A stretch of 64,000 nt of DNA from the human T2T-CHM13v2.0 reference genome, Homo sapiens. The position numbers and the translations under genes were made by a program. This document shows, piece after piece, positions 13,896-34,800 of this stretch. The notes under the pieces are model-generated. The model saw nothing but the letters and a program-made list of their open reading frames with translations, ran no database searches and had not been told where the DNA came from. Numbering within the stretch: position 1 is the stretch's first letter; every line of letters begins with the position of its first letter. The stretch lies in assembly GCF_009914755.1 (NCBI RefSeq), contig NC_060947.1; one strand, given 5' to 3'.

Positions 13896-14847
13896 GTTCC
13901 CGAGTGAGTGGCGGTTCTTACAGGAGTCCCGGTGAGCATGCACTAAAAGAAAATGCTTTTTGTGTTTTTCCGGTGGCCCTACCCTAGCTGAAAGTGAGCC
14001 TGCGCCTGCTGAGGCTTTCTAGAAGGGCAGGGCCCAAGTTCCCACCCTACACAGAGCAGCAGCGTCCCGGCAACAACGGTCAGAGTGTAGAGTTGCCTGT
14101 CCTGGACTAGGGGAAGAGGCTCTGCCCCATCCCCATTCTAGTGGTAACCATTAGAGAGCAGGATCTAAGGCCAGAGCCGCACTATGGCAGGAACCAAAGG
14201 ACAAAGCCTTTATAAATAGAAGGTCACGAGTCCTGCAACTGGGGCTTGATAGGGAAGTGGATAGTGTTTCTGCTGGCCCAGGAAAAGGAGTTGGTGCACA
14301 TCTTCCCCCACATTCCTTCCCTGCCCCGCCACCATCCCGAGACTTTCAGCACACCCCAACACAATTTCTTTCTGCCATCCCTGTCAGGGCAGGTGCATCC
14401 ACTGGGCACCATACTGGTTCTCACTCTTTCGCTCCCTCTACTGGACTGCATCCTGAACTGCACCACCAAACAAAACTACATGGCTACAATAAGCAGAATC
14501 TGAGAATGCTTCTCCCCAGAACCTAACCACAACAAACGAGCCCATACAGATCCTTGGCCCCATGAAAGCATCGGAAATGAAGCCAGTCAGTCTTACACAA
14601 CATATACCAGTCATACCCTCAAGGGGAAAAAAAAGAATTAAAAAGCTAAAAGGCCCCATTCAAATGATAGGAAATTCAAAAATGAGAAGCAACAGCTCCC
14701 TCAAATGAGAAGGAATCAGAGCAAGGACTCCAACAGTAAAATATCCAGTTTGACACCTCCAAAGGCTCACACTGGCTCCCTAGCAACGGATCCTAACCAG
14801 AATGAAATGTCTGAAATGACAGATAAAGAATTCAAAATATGGATTGC

Positions 14848-16368
14848 GGATCCCGTTCCAAGATGGCTGAATAGGAACAGCTGCGGTCTGCAGCTCCCAG
14901 CGTGACCCACGCAGAAGATGGGTGATTTCTGCATTTCCAACTGACATACCTGGGTCATCTCACTGGGACTGGTTGGACAGTGGGTGGAGCCCATGGAGGG
15001 TGAGCCGAAGCAGGGCAGGGCATCACCTCACCCAGGAAGTGCAAGGGGTCGGGAGATTTCCCTTTCCTAGCCAAGGGAAGCTGTGACAGACTGTACCTGA
15101 AAAAACGGGACATTCCTGCCCAAATACTGCACTTTTTTAATGGTCTTAGCAACCAGCAGACGAGGAGATATTTTCCAGTGCCTGGCTCGGTGGGTCCCGT
15201 GCCCACGGAGCCTTGCTCACTGCTAGCACAGCAGTCTGAGATTGACCTGTGAGGCTGCAGACTGGTTGGGGGAGGGGCATCTGCCATTGCTGAGGCTTGA
15301 GTAGGTAAACAAAGCAGCAGGGAAACTCAAACTGGGCACTGCAGCTTAGCAAGGCCTACTGCCTCTATGGGTTCCACCTATGTGGGAAGGGCATAGCTGA
15401 ACAAAAGGCAGCAGAAACTTCTGCAGACTTAAATGTCCCTGTCTGACAGCTCTGAAGAGAGCAGTGATTCTCTCAGCACAGCGTTGGAGCTCTGAGAACA
15501 GACAGACTGCCTCCTCAAGTGGGTCCCTGACCCCGTGTAGCCTAACTGGGAGACACCTCCCAGTAAGGGTCGACTGACACCTCATACAGGCAGGTGTCCC
15601 TCTGAGACAAAGCTTCCAGAGGAAAGATCAGGAAGCAATATTTGCTATTCTGCAATAGTTGCTGTTCTGCAGCCTCCGCTGGTGATACCCAGGCAAACAG
15701 GGTCTGGAATGGACCTCCAGGAAACTCCAACAGACCTTCAGCTGAGGGACCAGACTGTCAGAAGGAAAACTAACAAACAGAAAAGAATAGTATCAACATT
15801 AACAAAAAGGACATTTACACCAAAACCCCATCTGTAGGTCACCAATATCAAACAACAAAGGTAGATAAAACCACAGAGATGGGGAGAAACCAGAGCAGAA
15901 AAGCTGAAAATTCTAAAAACCAGAGCACCTCTTCTCCTCCAAAGGACTACAGCTCCTTGCCAGCAACGGCACAAAGCTGGATGGAGAATGACTTTGATGA
16001 GTTGACAGAAGTATGCTTTAGAAGGTCGGTAATAACAAACTTCTCCAAGCTAAAGGAGCATGCTCTAACCCATTGCAAGGAAGCTAAAATCCTTGAAAAA
16101 AGATTAGACAAATGGCTATAGAGAATAAATGGTGTAGAGAAGACCTTAAATGACCTGATGGAGCTGAAAACCACAGTATGAGAACTTCGTGACACATGCA
16201 CAAGCTTCAATAGCCGATTCAATTAAGTGGAAGAAAGGGTATCAGTGATTGAAGATAAAATTAATGAAATAAAGCGAGAAGACAAGGTTAGAGAAAAAAG
16301 AGTAAAAAGAAACGAAAAAAGCCTCCAATAAATATGGGACTATGTGAAAAGACCAAATCTACATTTGG
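14848..16368 (+). mobile_element. L1PA5/6-like 5'UTR and 5' half of ORF1
   Basis: Starts 'ttccaagatggctgaataggaacagc'. ORF1 at 15879 reads MGRNQSRKAENSKNQS..., has stops, and breaks off after the 'VKRPNL' codons. Confidence 0.92.
14955..15287 (-). CDS. LINE-1 antisense ORF0 homolog (110 aa, ATG intact)
   Basis: MADAPPPTSLQPHRSISDCCASSEQGSVGTGPTEPG... closely matches the primate L1 ORF0 N-terminus as I recall it (MAGAPPPASLPPCSLISDCCASNQRDSVGVGPSEPG). It sits at the expected antisense position in the 5'UTR. Expression is unknown. Confidence 0.5.
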   Translation of the reverse strand: MADAPPPTSLQPHRSISDCCASSEQGSVGTGPTEPGTGKYLLVCWLLRPLKKCSIWAGMSRFFRYSLSQLPLARKGKSPDPLHFLGEVMPCPASAHPPWAPPTVQPVPVR

Positions 16369-16369
16369 T

Positions 16370-24325
<7,956 letters not shown>

Positions 24326-26297
24326 TCATCTCTATTGGCATGTATTAATAACAAAACTTTGAATTTGCGCACACATATTCCTAGGTCCAGCAGCCCGGTG
24401 ATGAACAACCTCAACAAGAGACACCACCACCTAAAAGTTGGAATATTTCTTCCGTTCAAGAGAAAGGAGATGAAGAAATATCTGTGGTTCAAAGTGAAAA
24501 GAAGGGGAAGAAGAATGCCTATGGATGGAGGTTTATGTGTGCATCATGCATTATGACAGATCAGGAACAGAAGAGAGAGCATTAGAGAAGGATATCAAAC
24601 ATTCCCTAAAAATTGGCTTGAAAGTGAAGTGGGCTTGCAACCATGTGCAGTCCCTCGTCATGAATTTTCCCTTTCTCGTCAAGACTTACTTGGTGTGCTT
24701 GGAAAATACAGTACTTTTCAGAGCTAATCTCTAGTGAATCTAAGAAAACTACTTAATTTTAGTCATAAAATTGTACATCATTTCACTAGTTAAATTTGAT
24801 ATTAGAACATTGTTGCTGGATTTTTAAATCATTGCATTAAAAGTGTAAGCAACTTTTAATAGCACGTGTAGAGTGCCAAGTCAAAATGTAAAGTGCCAAA
24901 TGTAAAGTGCCAAAATGTAAAGAACATACCTTGAAACACTCTGATTAAAGCCCCGTTGTGTAGGAATGTTAAGCTACTTTGTAAATGAGAAAACTGAGGC
25001 TAGGTCATCGTGTCTCACCAAAGAGGATGCAAATGATAGCTACAGAATTCATGTTTCATTCCAGAGGTTGTGTTCTTCCTAAAATCTATGTTGCTTTAAG
25101 AAAAAATGAATGATTTTGCTTAAAATGCTTAATACCCAAATTTCTATACTGTAAGATAGCTCAGTGCTGGCACAGGCATAGATCTAGTTGAAAGGAACGG
25201 GGCAGACTCTGGAAAGGAGCTCAATGAATGATGGCCATTGTTTTCTTTGATTTACATTTTTTGTGTGGTAAGCTTGGTAAGAGCTGGATAATTCAGGGTA
25301 CTGACATACTTGTACATGGTTTACTATAATTATTTAAGTCACTTTTAAAGGTGGTTAAGTCATCTTATGGTGAGGAAACTCAAAAGACTGAGTTCCTAAG
25401 ATTAACAGGAAAAAGAATCATCTTTTCCAGATAGAGTATTTTTAAGCAAAATATTTCCATAATTTAGGCTGTGGATTATTTTAGTGGTTCATTATGAACA
25501 GATTTCCAGAATATGACTCAAACAATGCCCATTCATTTGTCTTCACCCCTCTTCCCTTATTCTCAGTAGAAGACAGGAATTTTTCTGAACTCACAAATAA
25601 TTTTTCTGTCATTTTTGATTCTTTGTTCTGCTTGGGATTCATTTATGGAAAGTTACACATAGGACTTTTGGATAATTTTAACAAAGTATGTTTCAGGTTA
25701 CTCCAATAGTGGGTGGAGGTCATGACTATAAGATTTGCCATGGGCCCTCAAATCCATTTGGCTGATCCTTTAGAAAATTACCTTTTAAATGTAATTGAAA
25801 TCCTGTTCATGGTGTAGATTTCAGATTTCTTTGACAGCTGATGTTTATTGCTCTTAATACACTATGGGGAAATACAGGAAATGTAGGTTTAGCATGGCTC
25901 TGACATTGTCATTTAAAATAAGGTTTCATAAGACATATAGAGGTAACAATGCTGCTATTTTAGTAGTAGAGTTTACACATAAAGATTCTTTGAAAAGTAG
26001 TTCAGATCCCATATATACTTGACTTATAAACTATGAGAGAAAAACATTGGGTCAAAGCAATATTGTATTATAAAACGTGAAGGTGTTTACTTACTTTTCA
26101 GTGTCCTTTAACCTTCAAGATACTATCATAATGCTCTGATTGTTACAAATAAATAATACATTTATAATGCAAATCAGTGTGTATGAAATATGCTGTGTAC
26201 TGAGGTTGGTTGTACTACCAGCTCTAACATAAGTTTTGTGACTCTGGGTCAATCCCTTAAGTTCTAAACTTATCTTTGCTGTTATAAAAACTCTAAA

Positions 26298-26500
26298 TTC
26301 AGTTAATAATTTACTGTATATTTCAAAATTGCTAAAAGAATCAATTTTTTTAACATTCTCACCACAAAAAAGTGCTAAAGTCGTGAGGTAAGAGATGTGT
26401 TAACTAGCCTGATAGGATCTTTTTATAATATGTACAAATATCACATTGGACTCCATAAATATACACCATTATTGTCAATTAAAAATAAAGAAACAAAATT
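26298..26500 (+). mobile_element. L1MA 3' end fragment
   Basis: 'ttaataatttactgtatatttcaaaattgctaaaaga...ttctcaccacaaaaaag...tgtcaattaaaaataaa'. Confidence 0.8.
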
Positions 26501-29500
26501 GAAGAAAACAGTGAGTTCAAGTCAGATATTTTAAAATGATTTTCAGTGTATTCTGGTTCTGTTGGTTAGAATTCATAAAATATAATCTGCTTTGTGTGAT
26601 TTTGTTTATCATACTTCATCAGACTCTGGCCTGAGTCCAATTTAATTCTTCTGACTTTTAAAGAATAATTACATTTTAAATCCTTCTCCAAATGTAACTG
26701 CAAATGATTTAATGATAAAATGGTGACAGGCTATCTAGTTTCTAGTTACTGTAGTTGGTGAAGTAGGGAGAGTGCATATAGGTCACTGATACTCTGGATG
26801 GGTGCAAGTAGGATGCCCATGCTAAGCATGCTTCTTGCTCCTGTCAGTCTTCTAAGACGACTGTGGACACTATAGAGTTCAAGTTCAAATACCATAACAG
26901 CAGTACTTATTGAGTAATTTAGTGTTTTACATATGTGTTTTCCAAATTTCTCACCATTAATTACACAAGCTTCTGAATTTAAAAGAAGCTCTTGATGTTT
27001 AGGGAGGAAATTACCTTGGGTTAGTCTTCTAATGCACTCTACATTTTTTCATTCTGCATTCCTTACCCATTCCATCAGAATATTTAGATTAAAAAATTGT
27101 TTTTAAACTACTCTTAGGAACCTATTAAACATGGCTAAATGTATTCATAGAAAGATCATAGCTTTCAATCATTGTTATTAAAAATATAATAAATTGCATG
27201 AGCACCCAACACAAAAATAAGAAGAAAAGAGTAACAAAATAAACCTAAGGGAAAAGGAGTGAGGTACTCAATGAAAAAACAGGTATGAATCATTAGTAAA
27301 AGAAAAAATAGTGCCAGAGAAAGGGAGGAGCAGCCAAGATGGCTGAATAGAAACAGCTCCTCTCTGCACTTTCCACTAAGAAGGATGAAAACCGTGAGTG
27401 AACTCTGCATCTTCAATTGAGGTACCAGGGTTCTCTTTGGGACTGACTAGGTGGTTGGCACAACCCAGAGAGAGTGAGGAAAGCAGGGTGGAGTGATGGC
27501 CCACCCAGCAGCTGCACAGGGCAAAGGAGACAGTGAGGGATTGTGTCTCCTCTCCCTGAAAACCACAGCTTTTCCCAATCCTTGCTACCCAACCCGTAGA
27601 TCAAGAGGTCCCCCACTGAGCCCATGCTACTAGAGCCTCGGGTCCCAAACACAAAGCTGGGGAGATCCTTGGTGGCTTCTCAGGCAAGTGGCTGAGTGAG
27701 AAGGCACTGAAACACAGGACTATTTGCATACTCCAGCTCTGGGAACGTCCGCAAGGTAGGAGATTCCTCCACTCCTGTGGAAAGGGAGCTGAAGCCAGGG
27801 AGCCAAGCAGCCTCACTCCAATGGAACACCACAAACTAAAACCCACTGGCTTGGAATCTTCCCCAGCCAGCCCAGCCCTCTAGAGACTGCCTAAGAGGAC
27901 CGAATTTCCGGGGATTGGGTGGGGAGAGGCAACACAATCACTGCAGCTCCAGTAGGCCGCTTTCCCCGGTTACCCATGCCACTGAGATGTGTGGTCTGGA
28001 CCCAGGGCAGTTCCCCACAGTGCAGCACAGCTGCTGGACCAGTTCGTGGCCAGACCGCTTCTTTAAGCAGGACCCTGATCCACTCCTCCTCATTGGGCAG
28101 GGTCTCCCTGTGGGAATCTTAGCATCCACAGCCAGGGGTTTATGGACAGAACTCTGATAACCCTGAGAGGACCCCCTAGGAGGAAGGGGTGGCTGCAATA
28201 TCGTGGATCAGTAATCTCAGTCTTTTCTGCCTGCTGGCTCTGGAGAGTCAGGGCAGCCTGGATTCCACCCAGTGCAGCACATGTGCCCCACCAAGGGGCA
28301 GACAGACTGCTTATTTAAATGGGTCCCTGATCCTGCTCCTCCTGACTGAGACCTACAAACAGGAGTCTTCAGACACCTCATACAGGAGCATTCCAGGCAG
28401 CATCAGGTAAGTGCCCCTCTGGGACAGAGCTCCCCCAGGAAGGAGCAGGCTGCCATCTTGGCTGGTCTGCAGCCTCCACTGGTGATATCTCCAGGGGTGG
28501 GAGGGGCCCAGGTGAATAGGGTCTGGAGTGCACCCCAAGCAAACCACAGCAGCCCTACAGAAGAGGGGCCTGACTGCTAAAAGCAGATGAAATAGCAACA
28601 ACAACATCAATGAAAGAGAGCCCAGGAAAACCCCACCCAAAAGTCAGCAGCCTCAAAGATCAAAGGTAGATAAACCCAAGAAGATGAGAAAGAATCATTG
28701 CAAAAATGCTGAAAACCAAAAAATCCAGAGTGCCTTTTCACCTCCAAATGATCACAACACGTCTCTAGCAAGGGCATAGAACTGGGCTGAGGCTGAGATG
28801 GATGAATTGGCAGAAAAAGGCTCCAGAAGATGGATTATAATGAACTTCACTGAGTTAAAGTTTTATGTTCTAACTCACTGCAAAGAAACTAAAAACCATG
28901 ACAAAACATTACAGGAGCTGTTAACCAGAATAACCAGTTTAGAGAGGAACATAATCTGATGGAGCTGAAAAACACAATGTGAGAACTTCACAAATCAAAC
29001 AAAAGTATCAATAGCTGAATAAACCAAGCAGAAGAAAGGATATCAGAGCTTGAAGACTATCTTGCTGAAATAAGGCAGGCAGACAAGATTAGAGAATAAA
29101 GAATGAAAAGGAATGAACAAAACCTCCGAGAACTGTGGGATTATGTTAAAAGACCAAACCTACAACGACAGGAGTACCTAAAAGAGATGGGGAGAATAGA
29201 ACCAAGTTGGAAAACACACTTCAGGATACCATCCAAGAGAACTTCCCCAACCTAGCAAGACATTCAAATTCAGGAAGTCCAGAGAACCCCAGTAAAATAC
29301 TCCATGAGAAGATCAACCCCAAGATACATAATCGTCATATTCTCCAAGATCAAAATGAAGGAAAAAATGTTAAAAGTAGCCAGATAGAAGGGCCAGGTAA
29401 TCTATAAAGGGAAGCCCATCAGACTAACAGCAGACCTCTCAGCAGAAACCCTATAAGCCAGAAGAGATTGGGGGCCAATATCCGACATTCATAAAGAAAA

Positions 29501-31162
29501 TAATTTCCAACCTAGGATTTCATATCTGGCCAAATTAAGCTTCATAAGTGAAGGAGAAACACAATCTTGTTTAGACAAGCAAATGCTGAGGGAATTCATC
29601 ACCACCAGGCCTGCCTTGCAAGAACTCCTGAAGGAAGCACTAAATATGGACAGGAAAAACCATTACCAGCCACTACAAAAACACACTGAAGTACACAAAC
29701 CAGTGACGTTATGAAACAACTACATAAACAAGTCTGCAAAATAACCAACTAACATCATGATGTTAGGATCAAATTCACACATAACAATATTAAACTTAAA
29801 TGTAAATGAACCAAATGCCCTAACTAAAAGATACAGAGTGGCAAGCTGGATAAAAAGTCAAGATCCATTGGTGTGCTCTATTCAAGAGACCCATCTCAAA
29901 TGCAAAACCACACATAGACTCAAAAGAAAAGGATGGAGGAAAATTTACCAAGCAAATGGAAAACAGAAAAAAGCAAAGTTGCAATTCTAGTTTCTGACAA
30001 AACAGACTTTAAACCCACAAAGATAAAAAATAACAAGGGCATTACATAATGGTAAAGGGGTCAATTCAACAGGAAGAGCTAACTGTCCTAAATATATATG
30101 CACCCAATATAGGAGCACAGATTCATAAAACAAACTCTTAGAGACCTACAGAGAGATTTACACTCCCACACAATAATAGTGGGAGATTTAACACCCCACT
30201 GTCAATATTAGACAGATCAATGTTACAGAAAGTTAACAAAGATATTCAGGACTCGAACTGAGCTCTGGATCAAGTGGACCTGATTGATATCTACAGAACT
30301 CTCCACCCCAAAACAACAAGGAGAATACACATTCTCCTTGGTGCCACATGGCACTTACTCTAAAATTGATCATGTAATTAAAAGTAAATCACTCTTCAGA
30401 AAATGCAAAAGAACTGAAATTACAACAAACAGTCTCTCAGACCACAGCACAATCAAATTAGAACCCAAGATTAAGAAACTCACTGTAAACTACACAACTA
30501 CGTGGAAATTCAACAACCTGCTCCTGAATGACTCCTGGGTAAATAATGAAATTAAGGCAGAAATCAAGAAGTTCTTTGAAACCAATGAGAACAAAGAGAC
30601 AATGTACCAGAATATTTGGGAGGTACCTAAAGCACTGTTAAGAGGGAAATTTATCGCACTAAATGCGCACATCAAAAAGCTAGAAAGATCTCAATCGACA
30701 CCCTAGCATCACAACTAAAAGAACAAGAGGACCAAGAGCAAACAAACCCCACAGGTAGCAGAAGACAAGAAATAACCAAGATTAGAGTGAAACTGAAGGA
30801 TATAGAGACAAGAAAAACCCTTAAAAAATACATGAATCCAGGAGCTGGTGTTTTTTTTTTTTTTTTTTGAAAAAAAATAATAGACCACTAGCTAGAGTAA
30901 TAAAGAAGAAAAGAGAGAAGAATCAAATAGACACAATAAAAAATAATAAAGGGAATATCACCACTGACAACACAGAAATACAAACAACCATCAGAGAATA
31001 CTGTAAACACCTCTATGTACATAAACTAGAAAATCTAGAAGAAATGGATAAATTCCTTGACACACACACCCTTCCAAGACTAAACCAGGAAGAAGTTGAA
31101 TCCCTGAATAGACCAATTCAGGTTCTGAAACTGAGGCAGTAATAAACAGCCTATCAGCCAAA

Positions 31163-31164
31163 AA

Positions 31165-31195
<31 letters not shown>
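31163..31195. repeat. (AAAT)n microsatellite within L1 ORF2
   Basis: About 8 AAAT units read directly. Confidence 0.9.
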
Positions 31196-31786
31196 GCCCA
31201 GGACAAGGTGGATTTACAGCTGAATTCTATCAGAAGTACAATAAGGAGCTGATACCCTTTCTTCTGAAACTATTCAAAGCAATTGAAAAGGAGGAACTTA
31301 TTCCTAACTCATTCTATGAAGCCAGCATTATCTTGATACCAAAACCTGGCAGAGATACAACAACAACCAAAAAACTAAGCCAGTATCCCTAACGAATGTT
31401 GATGCAAAAATTTTCAATAAAATACTGGCAATCCAAATCCAGCAGCACGTAAAAAAGCCTGTCCACCATGATCAAGTTGGCTTCATTCCTGGGATACATG
31501 GCTGGTTCAACATATGCAAATTAATAAACATAATTCATCACATAAACTGATCTAAAGAGAAAACCCACAGGATTATTTCAATAGACACAGAAAAAACGTT
31601 TGATAAAATTCAACATCCCTTCATGTTAAAAACTCTCAACAAACTAGACATTGAAGGAACACACCTCAAAATAATAAGAGCTACTTATGACAAACCCACA
31701 GCCAATATCATACTGAATGGGCAAAAGCTGGAAGCATTCCCCTTGAAAACCAGCACAAGACAAGGATGCCTTCTCTCACCACCCTT

Positions 31787-31845
31787 TTTTTTTTTTTTTA
31801 CTTTTTCACTTTCCTTTTTATCCTTTGTAGTATTTTTACACACAT
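31787..31845 (-). mobile_element. 59-bp poly(A)-tailed orphan retro-insertion
   Basis: Poly-T plus about 46 bp of non-L1 sequence, flanked by an 11-bp TSD tcaccaccctt (31776-31786 and 31846-31856). Confidence 0.8.
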
Positions 31846-34800
31846 TCACCACCCTTATAGAGCATAGTATTGGAAGTTCTGGCCAGGGCAATCAGTCAAG
31901 AGAATGAAATAAAGAGTATTCAAATAGAAAGAGAGGGAATAAAATTGTCTTCGTTTGCAGATGACATAATCCTATATCTGGAAAACCCCATTGTCTCAGC
32001 CCAAAAGCTTCTTCAGCTGATAAGCAACTTCAGCAAAGTCTCAGGATACAAAATCAGTGTGCAGAAGTCACAAACATTCTGATACACCAAAAACAGACAA
32101 GCAGAGAGCCAAATAATGAATGAACTCCCATTCACAATTGCTACAAAAAGAATAAAATACCTAGGAATACAACTAACAAGGGAAGTGAAGAACTTCTTCA
32201 AGGAGAACTACGATCCACTGCCCAAGGAAACCAGAGAGGACACAAACAAATGGAAAAATATTCCATGCTCATGGATAGGAGAATCAATATTGTGAAAATG
32301 ACCACGTTGCCCAAAGTAATTTACAGATTTAATGCTATTCCCATTAAACTACCATTGACAATCTTCACAGAATCAGAAAAAACTATTTTAAAATTCATAT
32401 GGAACCAAAAAAGGGCTTGTATAGCTAAGACAATCCTAAGTGAAAAAACAAAGCTGGAGACATCACACTGCCAGGCTTCAAGCTATACTGTAAGGCTACA
32501 ATCACCAAAACAGCATGGTACTGATACAAAAACAGACACATAGACCAATGAAACAGAGTGGAGAACTCAGAAATAAGACTGCACTTCTACAACCATCTGA
32601 TCTTTGACAAACCTGACAAAAACAAGCAATGGGGGAGAGGATTCCCTGGTTAATAAGTGGTCCTGAAAGAACAGGCTATCCATATGCAGAAAATGGAACC
32701 TGGACCGCTTCCTCGCACCTTATGCAAAAATTAACTCAAGATGGATTAAAGACTTAAATGTAAAATTAAAAACTGTAAAAACCCTAGAAGAAAATCTCGG
32801 CAATACAATTCAGGACATAGGCATGGGCAAATATTTCATGATAAAATCTCCAAAAGCAATTGCAACAAAAGCAAAAATTTTCAAGTGGGACCTAATTAAA
32901 CTAAAGAGCTTCTGTGCAGCAAAAGAAACTATCATCAGAGCAAACAGGCAACCTACAGAGTGTGAGAAAACTTTTGCAATATATCCATCTGACAAAGGTC
33001 TAATATCCAGAATCTACAAGGAACAAATTTACAAGAAAAAAAAACATTAAAAAGTGGGCAAAGGACATGAACAGACACTTTTCAAAAGAAGACATTCATG
33101 TAGCCAACAGAAATATGGAAAAAAGCTCAACATCACTGATCATTAGAGAAATGCAAATCAGAGCCACAATGAGTTACCATCTCATGCCACTCATAATGGC
33201 GATTATTAAAAGTGAAAAAACAACAGATGCTGGTGAGGTTGCAGAGAAATAGGAATGCTTTTACGCTGTTGGTGGGAGTGTAAAGTAGTTCAACCATTGT
33301 GGAAGAAGGTGTGGCAATTCCTCAAAGATCTAGAACCAGAAATACCGTTTGACCTAGCAATCCCATTACTGGGTACATACCCAAAGAAACATAAATCATT
33401 CTATTACAAAGATAGATGCACGCATATGTTTATTGCAGCACTACTCAAAATAGCAAAGACATGGAATCAACCCAAATGCCCATGAACAATAGTCTAGATA
33501 AAGAAAATGTGGTACATATACACTATGAAATACTATGCAGTCATAAAAAGGAACGAGATCATGTCCTTTGCAGGGACATGGATGAAGCTGGAAGCCATTA
33601 TCCTCAACAAACTAACACAGGACCAGAAAACCAAACAAACACCGCATGTTCTTACTTATAAGTGAGAGTTGAACAATGAGAACACATAGACACAGGGAGG
33701 GGAACAACACACACTGGGGCCTGTTGGTTGGTGTTGGGGGAAGGGAGAATATTAGGAAAAATAGCTAATGCATGCTGGGCTTAATGCCTAGGTGATGGGT
33801 TGATGGGTGCAGTGAACCACCATGGCACACATTTTCCTATGTAACAAACCTGCACATCCTGCATGTGTACCCCAGAACTAAAAATAAAAACTAAAAGAAA
33901 AAAATGAAAAAAATAACCCAACTAGTAAATTAAAAAGACTGCTACTTTTAAATACATCTACGAATAGAGGATCCACTAATTTTATATAATCTTAAAGAAA
34001 ATGGATAAAGCCAACCATATACAATAAGGAATGTGGACAAGATGCTAACACATGTTGTATAATTAAAAGTTAATAAATTTTTGAAATCTAAATATTTTTA
34101 AAATATGAACGAAATGTGCTAGGAAAACATAAATTCTTTAACATATTGCAAGAGTAACTAGATATCTAAACAACACAAATAATATGGATGAGCTTTTAAA
34201 ATTTGTCAGTTATCCCTCCAGAGCAATTATCTTTTAGAAGCCAATAATAATCTGTATATATGTACACTGACTTTTCCCAATCTCTCTCTCTGTCTCTTTC
34301 TCCCAGACCAGGAGAAATTAATTGTATTATTTTTTCTTTACTTTGTTTTGTTTCCTAAATTTATATGACTTAAAACTAGTGTGTTCCTATAATTTATTTT
34401 ACAAACTGAAAAAAACTTTAAGTGTATAAAGAGGCATTATTTATAATTAACGCAGGAGTATGGGCAAGAAAGAGGACAAGTGGCTACTCTAATTAAAACA
34501 AATACACAACGGCTAAATTAGCCCAAAGTTACATTTTTGTATTTTTCCACAAAAAAGATAAAGTAAATATAATGGTGGTCTTTTTATTCACTTTACCTAG
34601 CAGTTCTGAGACTGACATCATTTTAGCTATCTTGTGTTGAGAATATCATTTCCAGACAAAATATCTCAATGATAGCTTTAAATATTTCTCTTTGTTTTGA
34701 TATTTGTTTGCTTTAGTTGCGTTGTTATTAAGAGTTACAAGATTTAAAAAAAAAAGTTACAAGATTTTTGCTTTCGACTTAAAAGTACCTTTAAATAACT

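Larger units (their letters stand above)
12750..14847 (+). mobile_element. Old primate L1 (L1PB/L1P4-like): 5'UTR and first ~48 codons of ORF1
   Basis: Start resembles 'caagatg..gactag' (12757). The ORF at 14705 reads MRRNQSKDSNSK...PNQNEMSEMTDKEFKIWIA, an ORF1p N-terminus. It is cut by the younger L1 at 14848. Confidence 0.75.
27323..33910 (+). mobile_element. Full-length L1PA8-11-like (L1P3) element, ~6.6 kb, inactive
   Basis: 5' 'gccaagatggctgaatag', ORF1 remnant from about 28684, ORF2 remnant from 29757 (MMLGSNSHITILNLNVN), and 3'UTR 'aggaaaaatagctaatgcatgctgggcttaa'. Many stops and frameshifts. Inserted into an older L1M fragment (about 27170-27320 and 33910-34250). Confidence 0.93.

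Noticed and set aside
24873-24922. Three copies of aaatgtaaagtgcc-like sequence
   Set aside because: A short slippage repeat with no spacers, not CRISPR-like and with no other support.
24330-27170. AT-rich, mostly unique interval as possible coding exons
   Set aside because: Only short ORFs with no recognisable protein similarity, and no convincing exon chain by eye.
30850-30880. Poly-T/poly-A run inside L1 ORF2 as an insertion
   Set aside because: It is an expansion of the native 'ggttttttgaaaa' homopolymers, with no TSD.
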